NCBI RefSeq assembly: GCF_030684315.1
Contig: NC_081369.1
Coordinates: 10,082,035 to 10,146,034 of the forward strand
Direction: 5' to 3'
DNA from: Stegostoma tigrinum
Lineage: Eukaryota
DNA: 64,000 bases
The notes under the pieces are model-generated. The model was not told the origin of the DNA. It was given only the letters and a program-made list of their open reading frames with translations, and did no database searches. This document shows, piece by piece, positions 26,931 to 37,499 of this stretch (position 1 is the first letter of the stretch; each line of letters begins with the position of its first letter). Made by a program: the position numbers and the translations under genes.

Positions 26931-29379
26931 CTTTTGAGTGTATCCTGCCAGAATATTTTTCAATTGTTGGCGCTATTGTCACAAGCTGTTGACAATTTGT
27001 GCGCGATTCGAACCTTAAATTAATATAGAAAATTTCCAGATTTTTTAAGCAGTATTGCTGAAGTAATAATAATGAGTTCAGAAAACGAGAAAACCTTCCT
27101 CCTTTTCCTCCAGTTGATGGGTGGCATGTCTTTAACCATGATTTACTGATTGAATCTATTCCCTGGACAAAGCAGGTGCTGTTTTACATTCCTTAACATT
27201 TAATCTTGAGATTTTTTAGTATAGGAAATACGATACAACTCTAGAAAACAAAGTCGAATATTTTATTCTGAACTCGATAATTCGAACAAACACAACTAAT
27301 GTGAGTGTTCTAATATTTGTAAGCATGATACCCAGCCACCAGTAGCTATCATTTCAGTCCTCAATTTGAACTTCATAGTGACCTCTCGGTGCGGTGTGTC
27401 GCTGTGTTCGCTCGTCGATAGCTACGGGAACAGCATCTTGTTGTCCTATTTGGGACTTTATATTCTTACGGACTTAACATGGATTTTAACAATTCTAGAT
27501 AGCAACTTTGCGTTTTGTTGCTCATACTACAGCACCATACCTGCCTAAGGGAACATATTCTGTTTCATTGTTTCTTTTCGCCCATTATCAACTTCTTTGG
27601 TTCTGTACGAGTAACTCTCCAAACTTTCGGTCTCTTCTGTGTTCCCGCTATCAGAGACCTCCTTTTTCACGATTTTCCACTCTGTCTTAAAGTTTTAAAA
27701 TGTGCTAAGTTCTAATGAAACATTGCAGTCCTTGGAAAGCTACTCGGATTCTTTTCCCACCTGTGCTGCCTGATCTACTGAGCGTTTTCAGCTCTGATAC
27801 ATTGCATGCTGCAGGGAAATGCCACTCGATCAGGCAAGCGCAAGCTATAAGATTCCAGATTTGTGATGCCTTCCTTAAATAGAGGAAAAACTGGAAGTGT
27901 TAAACAGAGTACTCTTGTTCCTGTGTGACAAAGCATAATCAAATCTCGAATCATTAATTCATAATGTGGTTCATACAGAAAATTATCAACAGATGCTGAA
28001 AAATCATGAATGCATTTCAAATATTTAATATTTAATGTCATATCTCCATATTCGGGATTTTCATTCCCCCAGTCCAGATGTACCTTTGTATGAGATGTTA
28101 TTGATATCTGACCTTTGCTACTTTGATCGCCCTTTTCTACTTAGTAACAATTACCTGTTGGAAATTCTTGTGTGGCTTTGTTCTTCACCCTGGAAATTTC
28201 TGCAGCAATTGCGGGAAGCACCACAAATACTTGAGACACCAAATTGGGCCTACGTGTGGCGATTCATCTCTGCTCCATTGGTAACTATCCGTAGCTCTTT
28301 TGGAATTTATTTATTGTAAGTCGGCATAGGGATAACAGTGTCATTCTTAGACGTCACCAGAACCCGCCAATTGCTGGGATATAATTTGGGGGGAAAATAA
28401 AGCGACCAATCATTCTTCAACAATAAAATTGCAAGCCGAAATTCGCTGCTTAAGCAAGTTATATTAAACTGGTCTCAGATTTGAGACGTATGCTCAACCA
28501 TGAGGGACGCCTAGGCCTTAACGCGATGTGAGGGAAGTGGTGTTATTCTTGATAGATATGTAGCGGCATTCAAGCTAATGAAAAGTTTTGATGGCATGAA
28601 CTAACATAATGGTTTTGATGGCATTAACTAATTAGGATCATACGATTTCTGTCAGAGAATCCAGTAACTAGGGAGCAGATTGTTAACAGATCCAGACAGT
28701 TTTGAATTTCATAGTGGCAATGAGTTCCAGCCTAGCTCTTCCTGCTGAGGACCAAATGTTCGTGCAGATCCGCTGATGGCGGTCACCACTGGCATTATTG
28801 AATGATATTCGTTTACTTATTCAGGTCAAATAATTCTAATCAGAAAACTGCCACTTGCAACAAGCTGAATGTCTACAAAACAAGTCTAGAATAAGTTCCC
28901 ATGCTCCTTGAAAATCGCCCAAGCTTGTTTCCTCTCGCCGATCCATCTCCAGGTATCGCCAAACGCAATATTCCGATTATTTGTTGTGGCAATAATAGCT
29001 CCAAAAGAAAACGATTTGGAAATAAGTCTTTTTTTTTAAATATCCGGCTAAAATGAAGTTCAAACGGCCCTCGTCAGCTCTGAAATAGTAAAATGGAGAT
29101 GAATATAATAACCAATCTAAAGTTTCCTACTGGAAACTGGAGTGATCGGAAGATATTAAAATAACGGTGGTATGAAACTCAGAGGCCTCAGGATAAATAG
29201 CTGCTTATGTGAAGAGGAATCGCTTAGATGAAGGAGCTGGAGTACTGCGGCCTGAAATGATATTTTCGGTACTAAACTACCGATAAAAGGTGAGTGTTGA
29301 CAAAGGAGGTTTTTCGAACGCCGTGTTCCTGTGATGACTGAAAACAAAACAAAATTGTTGAACTTGTCGTGGAAACTTA

Positions 29380-29596
29380 ACAGCAGGAAGTTAGAAAGGG
29401 ACTTCAGACCTAACAAACTCCCGTAAGGAAGTGCAACCATACTCAGTACGCCACATTAGTCATATGATAACTGATGTCATAGTCTCGGTTTTGACATATT
29501 TATCTATGAGACGCTTTGGTCTCACCCGACCCAACACCACTCAGAATACTGCCCGCGCTTACAACAAAGCGCTCACTTTTTTTTCTCGGTTGCAAT
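29380..29596 (+). promoter_or_regulatory. Putative leukocyte-type promoter of the IgSF gene (ETS/PU.1-like GGAAGT sites)
   Basis: CAGGAAGT (29384-29391) and AGGAAGTG (29426-29433) lie about 165-215 bp upstream of the leader ATG. No clear TATA box. Confidence 0.35.
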
Positions 29597-29651
29597 ATGT
29601 CGGCGAGAGCAGCGTTTCTCTTCATGGCTCTTCTGGTTATGCCTTGGCCCG
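29597..29651 (+). CDS. IgSF receptor exon 1: signal peptide
   Basis: MSARAAFLFMALLVMPWP plus 1 nt, donor gtactc. Hydrophobic leader in phase 1, which matches the V exon. Confidence 0.7.
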
Positions 29652-29862
29652 GTACTCTTTAATGTTACCATGTGCCCTCTTCGAGTAACTTAGACTGTCT
29701 TTTATATTTACAGATACTGCATTACAAATTTAGGTGCCCTGTTTCTCCAATCCGTTGCGCGTGGGTTGTTCTTAATTTTTTCTTGTATTTTACTCCTCTA
29801 TTGTTTTTCTTACCCTGCTCTCGACAACTAATTTTTCTTTATTTTACTTATTTTTTTAATAG

Positions 29863-30168
29863 TCACTAAAGTAATTTCGAGCAAAGTAGATCAGTTTCCC
29901 AAACTTCTGAAGGCGTCCAGAGGTGACAATGTTTCCATCTTCTGCACATTTCCCATATTTGAAGACGTTCCTGAAGTATTTTGGTGGAGACGCAATGAGG
30001 AATCTTTTCTGGGAAGCGACAACAGAAAGCGATTTCATGTCCAGAAAGGAAGGGGCTCACTTCATGTTCTCAATGTCACTGTTGCAGACTCCGGAATGTA
30101 TTATTGCAAAATAAAACACCAGCAAACTATCATTGCAGCTGGAAGTGGATCGTTGCTGACAGTGTGCG
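29863..30168 (+). CDS. IgSF receptor exon 2: V-set domain with germline-encoded J-like G strand (VJ type)
   Basis: Strong polypyrimidine tract then taatag, donor gtaagt, 306 nt, phase 1-1. Translates (V)TKVISSKVDQFPKLLKASRGDNVSIFCTFPIFEDVPEVFWWRRNEESFLGSDNRKRFHVQKGRGSLHVLNVTVADSGMYYCKIKHQQTIIAAGSGSLLTVC. Has the B-strand Cys, C-strand Trp, DSGxYYC and GxGxxLTV. Confidence 0.95.
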
Positions 30169-30504
30169 GTAAGTGATACTGTACAAGGGACAAAAAACGT
30201 CTTCAGCTGTTTTGTGTAATTTATATGGCCTGAGGTTTTATAATTCGAGGAAAATCCAGTGATAGGAATTCGCTCCATACAGTCAGGGGGTTCTCTTCCC
30301 CTTTGATTTTGCTGTTCAACGGGCGTTGATTCACTATCGCCTGTTATGCGCCATTTCTAAAGATCAATTCCACCACTCATTGTCTATGACATTGCACTGT
30401 GCCATTAATCTAATGAGTGCAGAAACGGTCGAAACCGCGTCAATACAGTGAAACAGCATAACTGTTTAAATTCTTGGGTGAAATTAATTTTTTGGCTCGA
30501 AACC

Positions 30505-30970
30505 TGTAACAAGAGTAGATATTACTGGAGAAATTCAGAAGGTCTGGCAGCATCTGTGTGAGCGAATGTTTAAAGTCCAGTGATCCTTCTTCAGAACGGT
30601 TCTGACGAACGTCTCTGGACTCAAAATGTTAACTGTCTTTTCGCTTCACAGACAGCCTCAAAATAAGGGGGAATTTCTTCATTCAAAGAGTTGTGAATCC
30701 ATAAAATTGCCTGCCATTGAAGCAGTTAGGGCTACATCTTTGAATGTTTTCTTAAGTCGATTTTTGAACAGTAAATGAATTAAGAGCGATGGTGAGTGGG
30801 CGCTAAGTTGAGCTCAATCCACCAAAAGTTCAGCCACGATGTTATTCAATGGTGTTCGAGGCTCAAAGGGCCAGATGACCTCTTGCTGCTCCTATTTCTT
30901 CTGCTGTTACGTTCTGATGCTGCCAGACCTACCGAATTTCTCCAGTAATTCTCCAGTAATTTATATTTTT
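30505..30970. mobile_element. Fold-back Penelope-end element interrupted by a CR1 3' fragment (~30650-30916)
   Basis: Left arm ttactggagaaattcagaaggtctggcagcat; right arm atgctgccagacctaccgaatttctccagtaa resumes after the CR1 tail. Confidence 0.7.
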
Positions 30971-31010
30971 GTGTCGTGTGGTAAAATGCTTGGTTTACCT
31001 CTTACCAAAG

Positions 31011-31150
31011 TAACAGTGCTAAAACGCGACAATAGAAACAATGTTGACACAAAGACAAAAATGCTGCGGATTTTGGAAAGTAACAGTGCTAAAATGCGAC
31101 ATTAGAAACAATGTTGACACAAAGACAAAAATGCTGCGGATTTTGGAAAG
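31011..31150 (+). repeat. 70-bp tandem duplication (2 copies, 2 mismatches)
   Basis: taacagtgctaaaa(c/t)gcgaca(a/t)tagaaacaatgttgacacaaagacaaaaatgctgcggattttggaaag at 31011-31080 and 31081-31150. Confidence 0.95.
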
Positions 31151-32712
31151 TTTGAAGCACGAATACAATTTACTTGAAACGTGTGTGAACATCTACAGAG
31201 GTAGTACGAACATAAGAATTAGAAGCAAGAGTAAACTATTCGTCCCTCAACTCTACTCAGGCACGCAATCAAGTTATGGCTGATCTGACTGCGGTCTCAA
31301 CGGCACTTTCTCGTCGACCGCGGTGCTATTGGATATCGCTGTAAATCCAAAACAGTTAACGTTTCAGGTCATAAACTTTCATAGGAACAATTATAACAGC
31401 TTATACATCGTTTTTATAGAAGATTACAAAGACCACCTGATAGGCATCTGCAATATGCATTGATTGTAAATTCGGGTGAATTATAGAATGCCACAGCCAC
31501 TATTATACAACCAACACAGGGTAACTTTTCGACGTGCAAATTGCTGATCGTAACGTTCTGTAACAAACTGTTCAAACGTGGAGATGGATTTGGGGGGAAA
31601 TTAATCCTGGGGATCAAGGGAATAGAATAAAATCGGGCAAACGGAGTTGAGATACAGTCCAACCGTAACCTAAGTGAATGGCAGAGTAAGCTGTGCTGGT
31701 GTGGATTCGATGGCTCAAGTGTCCTACTTCAACATTGAAGGGGTTCTAAATTTCTATTAACGAGAGAAATTCAAAGGCAAATTCGCCAAGAGTGTTGACT
31801 GCTCATTTTCCAATACTGACAATCGCTAAACGCCATTTCTTACACAAATGAATCGCATGATCCAGTGAGAAGACAAGCGTTGATCTTGCCCTAAACGCTG
31901 GATTCTATTCGACGTCCTGAAGCTTCCAGGACTTTCTGTAATACACGCACAACAGGCATCGTGAATGAAGGACGGCACCAAACATAACTAAAAAAACTCT
32001 GCACTCCTGAGTATGTCGTGTATTATTTCGATGCAATGGCACTCACGACAGGGGACCAAGATAACACGCATATTTTTGTTCTCCGTGAGAGTTCTGTGAT
32101 ATCTAAAGCAGGCCTGTGGGGAAAATGGAAGAGTTCTCAGCCTTTGCGGGTAATAAAAGTCCGCAAAAATCTGGAAATGAATGAAATATCTACCTTAATA
32201 ATTCCGATGTATTAAAATAAAAAAACATGCGCAGAATAGATGTTAAGAATATTGACTGTAATAAACATCAAAACAATGCAAACCCCGCAAAATTATATCC
32301 AGCTGAAAACGGATTGAAGATTGAGGGGCCACACGTTCGCTTTAGTAAATGGTTAATGTAGAATTGATTTTGAGAAGGGGTTTTCAGGCGAAAACGGGAA
32401 TACGAATCGATTGTTGTTTCAGGCTCAAAGGGTCGAATAGCTTTCTGAATGGAGCGGTTTGCTACACCTAATTCGTATGTTTCCTCCAGGTAGAATCTCC
32501 TTCAGGGAAAAGAAAAACTATGTCCAACAAACTGAAAGCGCTTTCAGAAGGGCAAAACCCTCGGGATTATATTAAGACACACACTTCATCAAAAATTTTC
32601 CTTCCGGGCCCATCCTCACTGCGCATTGTTTAAAAACATCCTAACATTATGCGGTGTAATTTTACAAACAAATGCAAAGATCAAGGTTAAAATACGACAA
32701 CAAAGAAAACTA

Positions 32713-32820
32713 AGATAACAAAGTGTGGAGCTGGATGAACACAGCAGGCCAAGCAGCATCTTAGGAGCACAAAAGCTGACGTTTCGGGCCTAGACCCTTC
32801 TTCAGAAAAGGGGGATGGGG
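32713..32820 (-). mobile_element. Short Penelope 3'-end insertion with 9-bp TSD and hammerhead-like core
   Basis: TSD agaaaacta at 32704-32712 and 32821-32829. Minus strand CTGAAGAAGGGTCTAGGCCCGAAACGTC at 32778-32805. Confidence 0.82.
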
Positions 32821-32925
32821 AGAAAACTATTGTCGCATTAGGAATAACGTGCGATACGATTACGGTGTGGAGGGGAGGAAACGGGAGAGAATGTAATTTT
32901 TTTAATGTTTTACTTTCTGTTGTAG

Positions 32926-33222
32926 TTCCACCAACCCACCTGACAATCGTCCCCGTGGAAGGAATTTCGGGAAATTACTTGAAATTCGAGTGTGAAACAT
33001 CTGCCTTTTATCCGGAGGATTTAGGCATCACCTGGTTAAGAGATGGTGTCAAACTTCAGGCTGGAATAGAGACTGTGAAAAACATGACCGTGGATGGGCT
33101 GTATGAGGTTTCCAGTTCATTGGAAGAAGCACAGCTTGTGCGAAGCGGTGTAATTTATACCTGTCTGGTGTCTCATGTTTGTCTTCAGGTGCCCGCTAGC
33201 GTCAGCTACACCGTTTATCGCG
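32926..33222 (+). CDS. IgSF receptor exon 3: C1-set Ig domain
   Basis: Acceptor ctttctgttgtag, donor gtaagg, 297 nt, phase 1-1. Translates (V)PPTHLTIVPVEGISGNYLKFECETSAFYPEDLGITWLRDG...DGLYEVSSSL...YTCLVSHVCLQVPASVSYTVYR. C1 hallmarks: C-x4-FYP, W, YTCxVxH. Confidence 0.96.
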
Positions 33223-34413
33223 GTAAGGTGGAAAATGTTCCCACTTGGGAGTTGGGATTTCTTATGGAGCCGGATTGTGATTCTGGAAGACCTTAAATGT
33301 GTATTTTTTATGGTATTGAAGTAGCTGTAACTCGTGGATATCTTGTATGTGACCGGTGTTTATTCTCAATTGAACCTATTCAAGCTGTGCATGTATATTG
33401 TTTATCCTGTTCAGCTAATCTCCGCCCAAAACGTCTGATGTTGCTCTAACCCTACAATTTAGAAACTTCTGGCCTTTTAATGTCTCCCTACGTCTTTCAG
33501 TGTTTAAGACACTTCATCCTTATTTCTCTCTGTTCTAAGACTACTTTATGTTTGGCCGATAATGCTCTGTGAAATGTCGTAGAATTATTTGTAGCATAGT
33601 TCAAGGTGCAGCACAATTGCAAATTTACGTTATATACGCTAAAATTTGCAGTCGGTGTTGTCCGAGAAGACTGGAAAAGGATGTCATAAAGCATACAAAA
33701 TCCTTTCGGGTCTTGAAAAGGTAAATGAGGGAAGGATATTTCCCCTGGCTGATTTTCGAGAATCAGAAAACACAGTTTCAAAGTAAGGGGCAGGTGTTTT
33801 AGAAATGAAGAGGAATTCCTTCAACCAGAAACTTGGGAATTCTACACCACCCTCCCATTCTTCCCACCCCGACACTCTGCCGGAATGCCGGAAAAGTTTG
33901 AAATACTAGATCGACAGAGTTCCAGACGTCAAATGATATGTAATTAGCGTGAGAAAATAACTCTTATTAAGTTCAGTGGAGCGTGCCCGAACATCCCAGA
34001 GTCTACCCCGTTCCTGTTGTTACGTTCCTTGCAACTGCGGTTAGGAAGGAACAAAATTGCCAGGTCTTGCAATTGTTGTGCGCCTGTCTGGTTTCAGACA
34101 TTCAGTAAATAAATGCAAATTCCTTTACACATAGCAAACAACCCTCCTGTGCAGCGAGAATTTTCCCGCGCCTTTCAGTCATGAAATGCGTTTTCTCCAT
34201 GAAATGCATTGCTGAACGGCAATCAATGTCCTGTGATGCACATTAAGGGTCTTTTGTAGCTGTTCCCACCGAAATTAAAACGCTCCAACTTGGCTAACAG
34301 TGGGGTTATCCTGGGAGACTTCTTTGCAATTTATCATCCTGTGCATGCTGCTTTGCGCGTGTAACTCGCTGTGTTCCACAATTGTTCAGTTCCATCAACT
34401 GTTCATCCTGTAG

Positions 34414-34518
34414 GTGAAGTTATCAATCTTCCCATGATCGTTGGATGTGCAGGAGGTGCATTGGCAATGTTACTATTCGCAATATATTTGGTGACACTGA
34501 AATTGAAGGCATCGGCTG
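34414..34518 (+). CDS. IgSF receptor exon 4: transmembrane
   Basis: Acceptor catcctgtag, donor gtaaga, 105 nt, phase 1-1. Translates (G)EVINLPMIVGCAGGALAMLLFAIYLVTLKLKASA: hydrophobic helix with no charged residue, followed by KLK stop-transfer. Confidence 0.92.
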
Positions 34519-34810
34519 GTAAGAGTTTTTCTTATTTCGCTGGGTACTTTTTATTTCCTCAGATCCAACGTAAAAGCATGATGGCGGGTGACGAATCAAG
34601 GACTGTGACTTCACATTGTAGCGATGAGAATCTAACGTAGATGTGAAATGCAAGTATTTCATTTTTTTGTCGAACTACACATGTTGCTACAATCGAAATT
34701 ATTGCTCGGTTAGAGTCCAGTTCCTAATCACGAAACTTTGTTTCGTAGATTTTGACTCTCGGCATTAAAACGGATGTTTTCGAACTGACGACTAGACATC
34801 CTCAGATTTT

Positions 34811-35020
34811 GTATCAGTGATAATGGCAGCTGCAGATGCTGGAGAATCCAAGATAACAAAGTGTGGAGCTGGATGAACACAGCAGGCCCAGCAGCATCTC
34901 AGGAGCGCAAAAGCTGACGTTTCGGGTCTCTGATGAAGGGTCTAGACCCGAAACGTCAGCTTTTGTGCTCCTGAGATGCTGCTGGCCCTGCTGTGGTCAT
35001 CCGGCTTCACATTTTGTTAT
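34811..35020. mobile_element. Fold-back (palindromic) Penelope-end element with 14-bp TSD
   Basis: TSD catcctcagatttt at 34797-34810 and 35021-35034. Inverted arms of about 75 bp. Central CTGATGAAGGGTCTAGACCCGAAACGTC at 34930-34957. Confidence 0.9.
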
Positions 35021-35273
35021 CATCCTCAGATTTTATTTCCGTTGTAATGCTGTGGTGTCAACGGGTCGACTCACAACTGGCGCTGTCACACGGAGACAAA
35101 CCCTACATCATTGGGTATAGCGCGATGTGACCAGTAAGTAAGCAGGTGAAACCTTCGAGTGTAGATTTTCGTACTAAATAAAAAGTAAATGTTTTTAGCA
35201 GCGAATGCATGACACTAGATTTGGTGATACGCCGACTTTGTTACTGACGGTGCATTTCTGTACTTTCTATTAG

Positions 35274-35317
35274 GCAAAGGGAGAAATTCGACGGAAGCAA
35301 GTCAGAATGGCGATCCG
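35274..35317 (+). CDS. IgSF receptor exon 5: cytoplasmic 1
   Basis: Branch-point-like actgac, then acceptor ctttctattag and donor gtaatg. 44 nt, phase 1-0. Translates (G)KGRNSTEASQNGDP. Confidence 0.78.
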
Positions 35318-36269
35318 GTAATGCGACATAATTCTTTACACTCCTAACAAAAATGGTAGAGAGGGTGGCCCATAGGAAGGATAACTATGAATTTTATATT
35401 CATTCGAAATTACTTACTTTTTCATAGAACATAGAATTCTATATCACGGGATGCAAATCCCGCGCCTCTGCCGCCTGTATTTTAATTCGATTAGTTCCAC
35501 TCTCACGGTATTTATCTGTTTACCTCATTTTTCGTTTCAATCCAATTCATTTTTAAAGGTTCCTATCTAATTTCTTCCTCTCACTCTGCGCTTGTGGGCA
35601 GCTCCCTCAAATGAGCTGCAGGGGGAAAAAAAAACTCTCCCCAGATGACAGGGGACTTTCCAGTCTCGAAAACCTGGACGTCTTCCTAATGTGGTGCCTG
35701 GAGTGGTTCACTATACCTCACGTCTTTCGGTCCCGTATGCTTTTGTTGGCAGTGCTGGCGGCAATCTGTGTAGCAATTGGCCGGTACGGTGGGTTGAGGG
35801 GAGAGAGAAGTGGGGTGGAATAATGGATGTGGCAATGTTGCAGGAGAGTTTTTTCCGGATTCTAATTGTTGGTCGCCATTTAGAGGATGTAAATTTCCAA
35901 AAGTGTAAAGTGAGCAGAATAAGCCTTAGCTGTCAGAACTTCCAATCGGTTAGGCTAATTATGGAATAAAAAAAACCTGCCGTAGTCACAACAAGGTCAA
36001 ACAGAGGTCAAAATATACCAGCTAATAGTAAATATGTATTATTTGTTCGCTTGATGTTAAAATTGAGGTGAATACATTAAATGCTCTGGGATTCATGTTT
36101 AGATCATTACTCCGCACCACATTGGTGAAATATTAGATGCAAATACTTGAGAGTAGACAAAATAAAATTGCGACCATGTTTGATCGTCTACTGTCTACAC
36201 GCTTACCGTGTCAGGTTCAGTTCCAATCGGTAACGCCTGGCGTCACAATCAAACTCGCTGCTGTCATAG

Positions 36270-36740
36270 TCATAGAGTCACAAAGTCAGAAATCATACAG
36301 CACGGAAATAGAACCTTCAGTCCTACCAGTCCATACAAATTTGACTAGACCCAGCTTCCTGCTCCTGAACCAAATCCCTCTAAGTATTTCCGAATCATGT
36401 ACTTACTTAAATTTCTTTTAAAAGTAGTAGTTGCACCCACATCCACCACTTGCTCAGGAAGTTCATTCCATACTCGAAACACCGTCTAAAAAATTTGACC
36501 CCATGTATTTTTTAAATGTCTCTCCTCTCACCTTAAAAACATGCCCCCAGTCTTGAAATAACTATCCTAGGGAAAAGATAACTATACCTATACACCTCAT
36601 TATTTCATCAACTTCCATTAGGCCGCCTCTGAACTTCCTAAGCTCCAGTGGAAAAAAAATTCCAAGCCTATCCAGCCTTTCTTTATAACTCAAACCTTCC
36701 ATTCCCGGCAACATCCTGATAAATCTATTCTGAACCCTCT
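36270..36740 (-). mobile_element. CR1-type LINE 3' end
   Basis: Reverse-strand CR1 C-terminal and 3' UTR sequence, ending just upstream of the exon 6 acceptor. Confidence 0.75.
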
Positions 36741-36769
36741 TATCAATAATTCATATCTTATTTTCCTAG

Positions 36770-36839
36770 CTTAGACAAAGACTGACTGAAGAAAATGCCG
36801 CGTATGCTAATATAAACTTGAAAGCCAACAAGGTTCCAG
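36770..36839 (+). CDS. IgSF receptor exon 6: cytoplasmic 2 with ITIM-like tyrosine motif
   Basis: Acceptor ttattttcctag, donor gtaaga, 70 nt, phase 0-1. Translates LRQRLTEENAAYANINLKANKVP (motif AAYANI). Confidence 0.8.
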
Positions 36840-36974
36840 GTAAGATAGAAGAATTGTCAAGTGTAAAGTATCCAGGTCAATATTCTGATAATGGCGTCAA
36901 TTTGAAAAAAAAAGGATAGTAGACAGTACGAAGGGAAGGATGTGCTGCAATTTTGACTTCATGGAGCAGAAGAT

Positions 36975-37485
36975 ACAGTGGTAATCCAGATGTCAAGGTT
37001 AATACTATGGGGATACGGATTCAAATCCCACCAGAGCAACTAAGTGAGCTTAATTGGAATCGATAAATCTAGAATTTAAAGCTAGTCTCAGTAATGTCGA
37101 GCATATGAACTGTCATTAATTGTTATCAGAAAAGAAAAGGTTCCCTTCTTCTTTTATACAAGACACTGGTGATAATACTGGAAAACTGTGTACATTACTG
37201 GTAACCCTTTGATAGAGGAATATTAATATATTGAAAGCAACTCAGAGAACGTTCACTGGACTAATATGCGATACAAGTAGATTCAGTTACGAGACCTAAT
37301 CATGATAAGACATGGATTCAATAATGGAATTCCAGGAAGGAAATCTGCCATCCTTGAGTAGACTGCCGCACATGTGTGGACAGAGCCACAGCAATATGGT
37401 TGACTCTCAACCAACATCTGGGCAGTTAGGGATGGGCAATGAATGCTGACCCAACCAGTGATGTCTACATGTTGTAAATGAAAGA
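36975..37485 (+). mobile_element. tRNA-derived SINE split by a CR1 fragment (~37140-37310)
   Basis: B-box-like ggattcaaatcccacca, body ggaaggaaatctgccatcctt, and tail gggcagttagggatgggcaatgaatgctg, which is shared with the LINE tail at ~24470. Confidence 0.6.
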
Positions 37486-37499
37486 ACAAAAAAAATGAC

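Noticed and set aside
29863-30260. Rearranging TCR or Ig V segment with an RSS
   Set aside because: No CACAGTG heptamer with nonamer follows the YYC. The G strand is in the same exon, which ends in a normal splice donor. The TM lacks the charged residues and the CART spacing of antigen receptors.
31011-31150. CRISPR-like or functional repeat array
   Set aside because: Only two contiguous copies with no spacers, in a eukaryotic intron; a simple slippage duplication.
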